A stretch of 47,863 bases of DNA from Carpediemonas membranifera BICM (Eukaryota; Protista; Fornicata): contig JAHDYR010000055.1 of NCBI GenBank assembly GCA_019828565.1, positions 1 through 47,863 of the forward strand, in the 5' to 3' direction. Of the stretch, positions 10,038 through 19,445 are shown in pieces. Every line of letters begins with the position of its first letter. Position 1 is the first letter of the stretch. Made by a program: the position numbers and the translations under genes. The notes beneath the pieces are model-generated. The model saw only the letters and a list, made by a program, of their open reading frames with translations. It did no database searches and had not been told where the DNA came from.

Positions 10038-11768
10038 CTACGATTGCCTCCAGTCGTTCGGCCACTCGGTCGAGCATGGCCACCGGGGGACCGCCATTGA
10101 CCGGCACTCTGTCCAGTTCGCTGTGAACGCGTCTCTGCAGTAGTCGTAGTCCTGGGGTAAGAACCTTTCGGCCGCGAACAGCGCTCGGTCCACTGCTCCC
10201 CACCTCTCTATCGCAGCTGCCAGCAGGGCTGCTGGCATGGCCCAATCGAGCTTCTTGTACCTCGACAGAGCATCGGCCGTTGTGTTGAATACACCTGCGA
10301 TATGTTTGACTCTCAAGCGGCAACCGTTGGCATGCAGGAAGTCGTGTAGGTCGGCGATCTCCCGGCGAATGTGGGCTGGGGCCTTCGTCGAACTCTTCGC
10401 AACCCACGCGAGTGACGAGGTGTTGTCTCCCGCGATCAGGACATCTCTGTCTCGGATCACATGTGCCCAGTGTCGCAGCGCCGTGGTTATGGCCCTCGTC
10501 TCTTTGCAGTTGATCGACTTGTGTATGAATGACTGCTTGAACCGGCCCTGGATCTCCATCCTCTCGCTGTCTGTCCATATTGTCGCGCCGTAAGCTACGT
10601 CCGAGGCGTCTGTCTCGACCCTGATCTCCGGTCGCGGTGACCCCTGCATTGCGTACTGCGGGTATGTCGCGATCACACGCGCCCACCATCTGAGGTCTGT
10701 GCGGGCGTCTCGGGGCATGGAGGCTCTCGTAAATCGCTGACTCGGCGCAGTCACCATTAACTGGAGTTCTCTCAGTCGAGGAAGCGTTCTTGCTCCTACT
10801 GCGAATCTGGCGAAAAGGAGTTTGCCAATGAGTCGCTGGAGTTCTATCTTCGTTGTTCTTCGTTCTTTGAGCACCTGATCGATCATTCTTCTCAGCTCCA
10901 CGCGCTTGTCGTTCGGAAGAGACATTGTGTTCTTGCGCGTATCGATAACTATTCCCAGGTACTCGATTCGTCGTGTCGGTGTAAGAACGCACTTGTTTCT
11001 CGAGATTATCATTCCTAGCCGCTCCATTATCTTCAGGACTTCGGGCATCTTTCGTGCTAGCTCTTGCTGTGATGGGTCGGCGAACAACAGGTCGTCTAGG
11101 TAGACGAACACTGTGAGAGAGAGCTCTCGGCGGATGATCTTCGCCGCCTGCGCCGTGATCGATTGAAATGCTTCCGGGGCCGTGTTGAGGCCGAAAGGAA
11201 GCGCGTTCCAGCGGTACGTGTTCCCTTCGTGCTGGAAGCCTAGCCATTTCCGACCCGTCTGTTCGACCAGGACTTGGTAATATCCGCTCTTCAGGTCCAC
11301 GCTGGCGAGCCACGCCCCCTTGGTCAGTGCATTCGCTATCTCGGTCAATCCCTTCAGTCGGAATCGCCTGGTTGTCTGGTACCAGTTCACCGGCCTCAGG
11401 TCGTGGATGAGGCGCCAGTCTATGTGGTTCTTCTTCAGCGTCATGAAGATTGGGCAGACTTGCGCTACCTCTGTCGGTGCACACTGCTCCACTGCTTGCA
11501 GCTCCATTAGCTCGTTGATTGTGTCTGTGATCGGGCCCTGTGACCCGTTGGGCGACGAGTTCGTCGTCTGCCCGTCCTGTACTGGGACTCCCTGCCGGAG
11601 TAAGTCCACGACACTCGTGCTGGCCCCCATGGCCTCCCACTCTTTCCACGCTCGACTCATTGAGCCAACCACGTGTGTCCGTTGACCTGGACCAGAGACG
11701 GGCTGAGCGTCGGACAATAGGTGCCATGTGTCCTGGCTTGTTTCGCTTCTTGCTTGCTCTTGTGACAT
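10038..11768 (-). CDS. DIRS-type RT-RNase H; continues by frameshift at ~10085 into a methyltransferase-like tail ending at 9748
   Basis: WRLIHDLRPVN, VDLKSGYYQV, LPFGLNTAP, YLDD, TDAS, INCKE, GDN, TADALSR, LFAA...DAFTANW. Confidence 0.92.
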   Translation of the reverse strand: MSQEQARSETSQDTWHLLSDAQPVSGPGQRTHVVGSMSRAWKEWEAMGASTSVVDLLRQGVPVQDGQTTNSSPNGSQGPITDTINELMELQAVEQCAPTEVAQVCPIFMTLKKNHIDWRLIHDLRPVNWYQTTRRFRLKGLTEIANALTKGAWLASVDLKSGYYQVLVEQTGRKWLGFQHEGNTYRWNALPFGLNTAPEAFQSITAQAAKIIRRELSLTVFVYLDDLLFADPSQQELARKMPEVLKIMERLGMIISRNKCVLTPTRRIEYLGIVIDTRKNTMSLPNDKRVELRRMIDQVLKERRTTKIELQRLIGKLLFARFAVGARTLPRLRELQLMVTAPSQRFTRASMPRDARTDLRWWARVIATYPQYAMQGSPRPEIRVETDASDVAYGATIWTDSERMEIQGRFKQSFIHKSINCKETRAITTALRHWAHVIRDRDVLIAGDNTSSLAWVAKSSTKAPAHIRREIADLHDFLHANGCRLRVKHIAGVFNTTADALSRYKKLDWAMPAALLAAAIERWGAVDRALFAAERFLPQDYDYCRDAFTANWTECRSMAVPRWPCSTEWPNDWRQS

Positions 11769-11836
11769 TCTTCTCTGTATTCAAAACGTAGACGGTGCCT
11801 TTTATATCTGAGGATGGCATAACCTCACTTGGGCAA

Positions 11837-12505
11837 CTACTGCTGCCCCGGGGCCGCATTGCGGTTGCCCGAGGCTTTCTGGAATCTGTGGTTGTTGTAT
11901 CCGTGGTTTCGGAAGGGACGCTTGGCGAACCGGTGTGATGTGTGAGCCCGCGTGGCAGGGATGGCCTTCTTGGCCTTGGCGGCGACCTTGACGAGGTCCT
12001 TGACGTTGGATATGTCCTCGGCGGTGACGATAAAGTAGGCGGCCGCTTCTTCGTTGGCAGAGTCGAGGACTCGGAGGAACTCGAGGCGCTTTTCAACGGC
12101 AAGATTAATGGCTGTGGTTATGTCAGCAATCGTCTCCTTGCTGGGGTCAGCCAGGATTGACTTGATTTCTCCGTGTAGGGCGCGCAGGTGTTGGAATTCT
12201 TTGAGCACTGCTGGGATTTTGGTGGGTTTGCGTACATCCTCAGCATTCGTGCGGACATCGTCAAGATTCTCGCTCAGTGATGCTATTGTAGCAGCCTGTG
12301 ACCGCACCAGGGCCTCCAGGCTCTCCAGTGTCACGGGGGGCTGTGCGTCGCCCATCTTCTCGGAACTACCGGGGAATGGGGTTTTAACCCCTTGGTAAAA
12401 TTGGTCTGAACTGGACCGTAGATTTGATTCGAATATTTGGTCAATATTCGATCTCTCTCGAATATTTGTACCAGATGGCCGGTAGTCCATCTGGGCCTGT
12501 ACCAC
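11837..12505 (-). CDS. Putative Gag-like ORF1 of YR element 2 (true start may be the internal MGDAQP)
   Basis: Lies upstream of RT; helical, coiled-coil-like body with a basic tail. No diagnostic motif. Confidence 0.6.
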   Translation of the reverse strand: MVQAQMDYRPSGTNIRERSNIDQIFESNLRSSSDQFYQGVKTPFPGSSEKMGDAQPPVTLESLEALVRSQAATIASLSENLDDVRTNAEDVRKPTKIPAVLKEFQHLRALHGEIKSILADPSKETIADITTAINLAVEKRLEFLRVLDSANEEAAAYFIVTAEDISNVKDLVKVAAKAKKAIPATRAHTSHRFAKRPFRNHGYNNHRFQKASGNRNAAPGQQ

Positions 12506-12594
12506 GCCCCGAGGCGTACTTACGCATCGCGTCTACGACGGTATGCCGACTTGCAGTCGACTACGGTCGAAGTCTCGACGACGACGGTATGCAT

Positions 12595-12667
12595 TCGATC
12601 ATAGTATAGGTGGTTAGTATATCGCGCTGTCACCGCGGAGACCCGGGTTCAAGTCCCGGTGATCGAG
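12595..12667 (+). tRNA. tRNA-Asp(GTC)
   Basis: Acceptor stem TCGATCA/TGATCGA with discriminator G; anticodon arm TCGCG-CTGTCAC-CGCGG (GTC at 12629-12631); T arm CCGGG-TTCAAGT-CCCGG; no encoded CCA; followed by CTTTT (Pol III terminator-like). Confidence 0.95.
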
Positions 12668-12744
12668 CTTTTGCGGGATGTTTGATAACCAAGTGAAGCT
12701 CCGCGAGCCCGACTCGCGGGCCACCTGACCCTCTACACTCTGTA

Positions 12745-14620
12745 GATCCAACGGGGGGAAAGAATATTTACGCAAGAAACCCCTGTTTCGCCGCGTCAAT
12801 ATTCGAAGACTTACGCGCCTTCGGCTCCTAAGTAAGTCTTGGGTTTCCCTCGCGTACCGACGAGGGACGCTCTCCCGAGCGCGTTCTTACAGCCACCGGC
12901 TGCGAATCGTTCGTCATCTGGCCGCATAAACTGCGCCGACCAATCTTGACCAATGACGCGGGCATCCGGCGATTGCCGGCCTCGCCCACGTCCCGTCGCC
13001 CTTGCGACAATGAGCTGGGGTACTACCCGAACCGCAATCCACAAAGTGTGGCTCTATAACAGAGAGCCCTCCTCTTAAATCCAACCAAAATGGGACAATC
13101 CCGCAAGACGTTCCTGTGGGACTAAGGCTTTGGGCCGGCGAGTCCGTCTCGCCTCGGCCGTTCCCCTCGAACGCGGATGTTTAATGGAGGGGGTGGTTAA
13201 AAGTGGGGCCCGAGAAGGCTGAGGTTCATCCTCCTGGTGAGGTCCTCGTTTGTTCTGATGGCGTCAGCGACATAGCTACGGAGGGATGTGACGTCCTTCC
13301 ATGTGCCCATAGAGAGGATCACCTCCAGCGGGACTCCTGAGAGAGCCATCTCCGACGCTGCCCCCTTACGGAAGCTGTGGAGACCCGTCCGTGGACCGAA
13401 CAACGCCTTCACGACTCGTCGGAGGTGTGCGGCTGTGAGCGGTTTGTCTCTGCTCAGGCGCCCGTTGACTATGACTCGCCAGATGGGGGTGTCATCAGCC
13501 AGGTAGTGTGTGCCCTCGACCCAGCGTCTAAGTGCCAAGGCCGGGTTGAAGGCGGCTGATAGCCATACGTATGGTACGCGCTTCTTAACTCCCGTTAGGA
13601 TGGTCTTGGTCCGCTGAATGTGTAGGAGAATGTCGCCGTTCTTGAGTAGCTCTAGGTCGGCCGGGCATAGGGAGAGTATCTCGATGCCTCTGGATACCGT
13701 CAGATAGGCGACTGCCCCAAAGAGACATGCCTGATATGACTCAAAGTCGTCACTCCGGCGCCCCAGTGCCTCGATCATCTCAGCCTTGGTGATGGCGCGC
13801 GAGCCGCCGGTAGTTCCCGCCGTGCTGGCGCCCTTAGCCGCCTGCTTAACGATGTACTTGGAGTTGGCGGGCGGATGCCAGTCTTTGAGGAACTCCTGTA
13901 GCTGAACAATCCAGTAGCCCTTCCTCGCCACGTTCGATGGCCCGCAGAAGGAGCCTTCGTCCTTGAGGAAGGCTACAAGCTGGTCTCGATCCGACAGGCT
14001 GCGATCGCGAGAGCCTTCGAACTTGGCCACCCAGCCGGCCACCGTCCGAGCAGACGCGTGATTAAGGTGAATCACTCTGTCCGACCTGAGGACTCTGTGG
14101 AAAACGTCCTGAACGCCATCACATTGAACCGCAAGCGTCCTCTGTCCTGTAGGTGAAGTAGGTGGGCCAGATTTGAGCTCGAAGCCGGGACGGAGAGACG
14201 GAGTTTCCAGGACGTCCAACTCTTGAGGAGTCTCATCTCCGGCGCTTGAACCTCTGGGTAGAGGAGAAAGACTGCTGAGGTCCAAGACCTCGGGTGTCCA
14301 GTCTGAGTCTGAACTCTCGCTGTCGCTATCTTCTGGACTATGGCTGCCATAGACGAATTGGGGGCCCAGAGGACGCGACATCCAAGCCTTACGTCTACGT
14401 CCGTTGAGACTGTCTGGACTGGACCCCACTCCGCGAGGACAGATTCCATGCTGGACTCCAGAGAGGAAGGGAGTCGTGAGAAGTCTCTGGACAGCCGATC
14501 TGCTGCCAGGTTGATGATGCCCGGAGTGTGTAGTCCACGGAGTGTCAGGTTCCGGTCCTCCGCCTCCTTCTGGATCTGGGCTAGAATGTGCAGGGCCTGA
14601 GGTGGAGCCTTTTCGGCGGC
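12745..14620 (-). mobile_element. DIRS-type YR element 3, 3' half
   Basis: RNase H C-terminus (KAPP...HTPGIINLAADRLSR), EWGP tail, overlapping YR ORF and 3' region. Ends approximate. Confidence 0.75.
13197..14429 (-). CDS. Tyrosine recombinase
   Basis: YLTVSRGIEI, RTKT, LHSFRKGAA, GTW, LRSY. Confidence 0.92.
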   Translation of the reverse strand: MGSSPDSLNGRRRKAWMSRPLGPQFVYGSHSPEDSDSESSDSDWTPEVLDLSSLSPLPRGSSAGDETPQELDVLETPSLRPGFELKSGPPTSPTGQRTLAVQCDGVQDVFHRVLRSDRVIHLNHASARTVAGWVAKFEGSRDRSLSDRDQLVAFLKDEGSFCGPSNVARKGYWIVQLQEFLKDWHPPANSKYIVKQAAKGASTAGTTGGSRAITKAEMIEALGRRSDDFESYQACLFGAVAYLTVSRGIEILSLCPADLELLKNGDILLHIQRTKTILTGVKKRVPYVWLSAAFNPALALRRWVEGTHYLADDTPIWRVIVNGRLSRDKPLTAAHLRRVVKALFGPRTGLHSFRKGAASEMALSGVPLEVILSMGTWKDVTSLRSYVADAIRTNEDLTRRMNLSLLGPHF

Positions 14621-14859
14621 TCGGGTGAGCTCGGCGATGGGTTCAGTCATATCGACGTAACGCTCAATGAGTGCTCGAAAGTAGTTCGCGAACCCGAGCA
14701 AGGCTCGGGCGTCCGTCAGACTAGTCGGCTCCTTGAGATCATGGATGGCCTCCAGACGGTCGGGGGAGATCCGCTTACCGTCCTTGTCTACTCGCCAGCC
14801 CAAATAGTCGATGGAAGTCGCTCCAATGACCGTCTTGGAAGGATTAAGCTTCAGACCGG
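14621..14859 (-). pseudogene. Ty3/gypsy RT C-terminal part (continuation of 19446-20376)
   Basis: GLKLNPSK...YLGWRV...LLGFANYFR; joins in frame with ...RIHAAG once the 14860-19441 insert and one CCGG are removed. Confidence 0.88.
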
Positions 14860-14920
14860 TGTGCCGGGGCGAAGAGATTGGAACATTTACATAAACTGCG
14901 GACGTGGATGCCTTATGACA
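14860..14920 (-). repeat. G1 3' LTR (61 bp)
   Basis: Identical to 19381-19441; contains the polyprotein stop codon. Confidence 0.95.
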
Positions 14921-17900
14921 TCCTACCCCCCTTAAGCTTGAGCTTGTGGGACTTGAGGTAGTCACGTGCCGCAGTGACGTGGCGGAGCCCGTCAGCGGGT
15001 TCCCATGTGGGATCGTAGTCGCCCTCCCAGCAGACGAGGAGCTGCAGTGTGCCGTTGCGGCGACGGTGCTTCTCGATGCCTTGCACGACGTACGTCTGCT
15101 CGTCGGAGGCGGCGAGGTTCTTCAGGCGGCTGAGCCCCGACTTGGTGTTGAAAGGAAGGACCTGGTCTACGTGAGCCATGAAGGGGGCGCTCTCGAAAAG
15201 GTCGACCAGCTGAAGGGTGTTGTTGTCCTTGATGGCGAGAATCTTGAACGGGCCGGCGAAGCCATGCAGCTTTGGGGTCTTCGTCCGGTTGAGCAGGACG
15301 AGGTCGCCTTCCTTGAAGCTAGTCGGCTGGCGGTCGGCGTTGGCCTTGGCGAGGCGCTTGTCTACAGTCTCGCGCTGCTTCTCGGCCGCCCTAGAGGTCA
15401 ACTTGGAGAGGTGGGCTCGAAGTAAAGTGATGTAGGCTGAGGCTGAGGCAAGGGGCGAGTCATTGTCGCTCGGTCGGAGGATTCTAGCGACTGTGGAGCT
15501 GGGGTCGAGTTGGTCTCCATACAGCATGGCGTGGGGTGTGACCCCAGTGGCGCTGCAGGTGGTTGTGTTCAGCAGCAGCTGAACTACCGGAAGGAGGTCG
15601 CTCCAACGGGAGAACTTGTCGAATTGGAGGATCAAACAGCGAAGATGCTTCATGACCTCCGCGTTACGACGCTCTACCAGCCCATTCGACTGAGGGTGGT
15701 AGGGGAGGGTGAATTGCTGGGTGATGTCCGCGCTTTCGAGCAGGGCCTTGACGACGTTGCCGGTGAACTCAGGCCCGTTGTCGGACTTGATGAACAGGGG
15801 AGTCCCATGACGGGTAATCACCTGGCGCCAGAGGGCCTCTGACGCTGCATCAGCTGTGTTCTCGTCCGTCGCGGCCAACTCAGTGTAGCGAGTAAACATA
15901 TCGACCATAACTGTGATGTATCTGGAGCCGACTGCGTCTGCCGGGATTGGACCAATAGTATCCACTGCGACAGTGTGGAACGGTTTGTACACTGCTGTTG
16001 TGCGGAGCTCTGCCTCGGCGAAGTTGCGTAGGCGAGCTTTCTGGCACTCGTCACATGAGGCGATGAACTCCTCGACATCTGTTGTGCAGCCTGTCCAGGT
16101 ATAGCCGTCTGCTCTCAGGCGTTCGATGGTAGCCTTGGCGCCGTGGTGTCCTCTGTGGGCGATCTGTATCAGCTCCTTTCGGAGGGGTCTGCACACGGTT
16201 GAAGTAGGGATGACGACGAGGCCGTCCTTGCGGCGAAGACCGTCGCTGTCTACGGTCAGCTTGGAGACGGTAGAGTCGTCTGTCTGGTGTTTGATGAGTG
16301 TGTCATGGTAGCGGGAGTCAGTCGTGATGGCTGCGACAGTGGGCGAGGTCGAGTGACCGCAGCGGCTCAGCGCGTCTGCGACTGCGTTCTGTAGGCCGGG
16401 AACGTGCTCGACATCGAACTTGTAGTCTGCTAATGTCAGTCTCCACCGGTTGATCTTGTCGTTCTCGGATGACTTGGCGATCATGTAAATAAGATTACGG
16501 TGGTCGGTCCGTAGGAGGAACCTCTTCAGGCGTAGGAGGGGTGACAGGGTCGGGTGTGTAAGGCAAAAGACAATGGCAAATAGCTCCTGCTCACACGTGG
16601 CCCAGCGCGACTGGGTTGACGTGAATGTGTGAGAGAAGTAGGCGAGGACCTGTGTCTTATCGTCCTTTGTCTGCCATAGTACGCCGCCTGCTCCGATGTT
16701 GCTAGCGTCTGTCTCGAGCGTCCAGTCGGCGTCGGCGTCCGGATGTGCGATAAAGAGATCGTCAGTGAACAGGGTCTTCAGGCCGTCGAAAGCGGCGTCG
16801 TGCTCCGCTGTCCATTCCCACAGACGGTCCTTTTGCAGAAGATCGTTGAGAGGTCTCATGTACTCGTGTCGTGTATGGGGAACGAATGATGCGAGGTACT
16901 GGAACTGTCCGAGGACTACGCGAAGCTCGTGGACGTTGGTGGGTGCAGGTAGATCGCGTAGGGCTTGGGTCCTGGCTGGGTCGACGTGTACTCCGGCCTG
17001 GTCGACCGTAAAGCCGACAATCTTGGCGCTGGTGGTGCCGAAGACTCCCTTCTTGGCGCTGAACTGAACGCCTGCAGCGTCCGCGCGTGTGAGCAGGTCG
17101 CGGAGAATGCGTAGGAAGGAGTCATCGTCACGGGCGTAGATGAATATGTCGTCGATGTAGGGGTTGGCGCCCTTGTACAACAGTGGGGCGAGCATGCCTT
17201 CGATCTCCCGCTGGAAGTGAGAAGGCGCGTTGCAAAGGCCGAACGGCATCCTGAGGAATTCCTCGTAGACGCCCGGGGCGGTGAAGGCCGTCTTAGGCAC
17301 GTCGTCTGGGTGCATGGCCACCTGCCAGTAGCCCGACGTCAGGTCTAGCGTCGCAAAGCGTGTGCAGCCCGACGCGAGGTTGAGGAGTTCTCGCATGTTG
17401 GGGATCGGGTGCCGGTCGGGTACTGTCCAAGAGTTGAGGCGGCCGTAGTCGATACAGAGACGGTAGGCGTCGCCCTTTGCGACCAGGACGATGGGGCTTG
17501 CGTAAGGCCCCTCAGAGGGCTGTGTGATCTCGTCCTGGCGCAGGCGCTCGACGTATGGCAACAGCCACTCCAGCTTCTTCGGGTGTAGGTTGCGCGGGCG
17601 AAGACGGATCGGAGGGGCGTTGTCGTAAAGCGGGATGCGCATAGGGGCAAACGAGCACGGCTGTTTGCTTATGACGGGGTCGAATAGGTGATCGAACCGA
17701 CGGAGGATCGAATGTAGCTCGTCGGTCTGGGCCTTGGTGGAGAGCTCGTGTATCTCACACGCGTCGGTGTGAAACTCGCTTGAGGAGACGGCCTCGACGG
17801 GGGCGTCGAGGTACTTGTGGAGTGGGAGGCCATCGGTGGCGTCCTCCGGGCGTGAATCCGGAAGAAGTGGGATGTGGAGGCCACTCTCGGAGAGATAACC

Positions 17901-19364
17901 GAGCGCGCGAAGCACGTCGCATCCAATGAGCACACGTTCAGTGGCGCGCGTCATGATGTAGAGGATGAGATCGACGATGACGTTTCCAGATGTGCTGGGC
18001 AACGTGATCCGCGCTTGGACGTAGTGAGTGATGAGGATGGGCTCATTGGTAACGGACTGAACAGTAAATGGCTTTTCAAGCTCATGTGTGACGAGTTGGA
18101 GCGTCTTAACGGAGGTTGTGGAGATGATCGTGATTGCGGAGCCGCTATCGATCAATATCACCTGTTCTTGGTCATTCACAGCTCCCTTAACTGAGAATGC
18201 AGTTGAAGCGGCAACTTCTTCGATAAAGGCATCATCACAAGCATTGTGTGCGACTTCGACTTCGTGGACTCCTGGACGAGAGTTGATCAGCTTGGATCTG
18301 TCCCGGAGCACCATGTTCCCAGCGCGTCTCTCGTCGGGGCGAGGCTGTGGCTGCTGGGATGACTGTTGCTGCTGCTTCTGAGCAGCTGGTGCCGGCTGTG
18401 GCTGAGCCGGTTTGTTGGCCGCTTGGGGCTGGCGTTGCGGCTGAGGTGCCGGTCTGGCGTCGCGGGCCGCGGCGGGGTGGCCTTTGGTAGCCTGGGGCTG
18501 TCCGGGCGTGCTGCCGCGGTGCGGGCAATCAGCCTTCCAGTGCATGCCTCCACAGGAGCACGCGTATGGAGGAGGGCGCCGGCGCTCGCGGCGGGATCTG
18601 GTGTTGGCGTTCTGGCTATGTTTCGGGCCAGTGCTGGAGCTCGTGATGGAGCTCGTGCTGGAGGATGTGATGGATATGTCTTGAATCACGCTTCCGAGGA
18701 CTTCACGGGCGTCAATGGCGTGCAGTATGAGCTCGCGCGTGTGCACAAATAAGCTATCGATGTCCCGGGCGCCAGAGAGGTCCCACTTTTGCTGAATACG
18801 GTTGGCAAGTGAGACCGGGCGAAGGGCGGCGATAAAAGCTTTGGCGATGATCTTATCGAGTCCGCGGGTGGGGCTGGCTTTTCTCGGGGTGTCCTGCTCA
18901 CTCGGCGTGCTGTCTGGCTTCTGGGTGATGACCTTGCTGAGGGCGGCCTCGTCTTCATCCACCTCGGCGGGCTCGGGCTCTGGCTTGGCGCCGAGCTCGG
19001 CGTTGAGAAGGGCATGGGCGTGGGAGCGCAGCTCCTCGGTCTCAGCCATGAGACGAGATACGGCCTCGATCGTGGACTTGGTTCGGTCCTGCGTGAGGGC
19101 CCGGATTTCTTGGATGGTTTTCTCAAGGGTTCTCGGGAAAGAAAGAGCGGTGATTTCGGCGAGAAGTTCTGCGTCGTTGAGTGCTTCGACGTCGACGTTG
19201 CGGACAAATCGGACATGACTGACTTGATCCTCGGTGAGGCACTCGTAAGCCGTTATGACGGTTGTGGTAGGAGCATGTTTCTGCGCGAACGTGAGGGCGC
19301 GTTTGAACGCGCGAACGGACTCTCTAGAGAAGTCCGATAGTGATGGCGGAATCCAATTATTCAT
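14913..19364 (-). CDS. Gag-Pol polyprotein (Gag knuckle, protease, RT, RNase H, integrase, chromodomain)
   Basis: CSCGGMHWKADC; LIDSGS; LDLTSGYWQ, MPFGL, YIDD; TDAS; HHCC, VDTIGP, SDNG, GLVER; GPF; LLVCWEG..PTWEP. Confidence 0.96.
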   Translation of the reverse strand: MNNWIPPSLSDFSRESVRAFKRALTFAQKHAPTTTVITAYECLTEDQVSHVRFVRNVDVEALNDAELLAEITALSFPRTLEKTIQEIRALTQDRTKSTIEAVSRLMAETEELRSHAHALLNAELGAKPEPEPAEVDEDEAALSKVITQKPDSTPSEQDTPRKASPTRGLDKIIAKAFIAALRPVSLANRIQQKWDLSGARDIDSLFVHTRELILHAIDAREVLGSVIQDISITSSSTSSITSSSTGPKHSQNANTRSRRERRRPPPYACSCGGMHWKADCPHRGSTPGQPQATKGHPAAARDARPAPQPQRQPQAANKPAQPQPAPAAQKQQQQSSQQPQPRPDERRAGNMVLRDRSKLINSRPGVHEVEVAHNACDDAFIEEVAASTAFSVKGAVNDQEQVILIDSGSAITIISTTSVKTLQLVTHELEKPFTVQSVTNEPILITHYVQARITLPSTSGNVIVDLILYIMTRATERVLIGCDVLRALGYLSESGLHIPLLPDSRPEDATDGLPLHKYLDAPVEAVSSSEFHTDACEIHELSTKAQTDELHSILRRFDHLFDPVISKQPCSFAPMRIPLYDNAPPIRLRPRNLHPKKLEWLLPYVERLRQDEITQPSEGPYASPIVLVAKGDAYRLCIDYGRLNSWTVPDRHPIPNMRELLNLASGCTRFATLDLTSGYWQVAMHPDDVPKTAFTAPGVYEEFLRMPFGLCNAPSHFQREIEGMLAPLLYKGANPYIDDIFIYARDDDSFLRILRDLLTRADAAGVQFSAKKGVFGTTSAKIVGFTVDQAGVHVDPARTQALRDLPAPTNVHELRVVLGQFQYLASFVPHTRHEYMRPLNDLLQKDRLWEWTAEHDAAFDGLKTLFTDDLFIAHPDADADWTLETDASNIGAGGVLWQTKDDKTQVLAYFSHTFTSTQSRWATCEQELFAIVFCLTHPTLSPLLRLKRFLLRTDHRNLIYMIAKSSENDKINRWRLTLADYKFDVEHVPGLQNAVADALSRCGHSTSPTVAAITTDSRYHDTLIKHQTDDSTVSKLTVDSDGLRRKDGLVVIPTSTVCRPLRKELIQIAHRGHHGAKATIERLRADGYTWTGCTTDVEEFIASCDECQKARLRNFAEAELRTTAVYKPFHTVAVDTIGPIPADAVGSRYITVMVDMFTRYTELAATDENTADAASEALWRQVITRHGTPLFIKSDNGPEFTGNVVKALLESADITQQFTLPYHPQSNGLVERRNAEVMKHLRCLILQFDKFSRWSDLLPVVQLLLNTTTCSATGVTPHAMLYGDQLDPSSTVARILRPSDNDSPLASASAYITLLRAHLSKLTSRAAEKQRETVDKRLAKANADRQPTSFKEGDLVLLNRTKTPKLHGFAGPFKILAIKDNNTLQLVDLFESAPFMAHVDQVLPFNTKSGLSRLKNLAASDEQTYVVQGIEKHRRRNGTLQLLVCWEGDYDPTWEPADGLRHVTAARDYLKSHKLKLKGGRMS

Positions 19365-19380
19365 TTCGGAAAGTGATCAC

Positions 19381-19441
19381 TGTGCCGGGGCGAAGAGATT
19401 GGAACATTTACATAAACTGCGGACGTGGATGCCTTATGACA
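19381..19441 (-). repeat. G1 5' LTR (61 bp)
   Basis: Identical to 14860-14920. Confidence 0.95.
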
Positions 19442-19445
19442 CCGG

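Larger units (their letters stand above)
7988..12576 (-). mobile_element. DIRS-type (PAT/Ngaro-like direct-repeat) YR retrotransposon 2, near full length
   Basis: Gag-like ORF, RT-RNase H and YR in canonical order, bounded by 264-bp direct repeats. 3' limit uncertain. Confidence 0.8.
14860..19441 (-). mobile_element. Complete Ty3/gypsy chromodomain LTR retrotransposon G1 (4582 bp)
   Basis: Identical 61-bp TG..CA LTRs, CCGG TSD (14856-14859, 19442-19445), PPT AAGGGGGGTAGGA abutting the 3' LTR, single intact ORF. Confidence 0.95.

Noticed and set aside
19365-19380. G1 PBS pairing with the local tRNA-Asp
   Set aside because: Only 4-5 nt of complementarity, and not to the CCA end.
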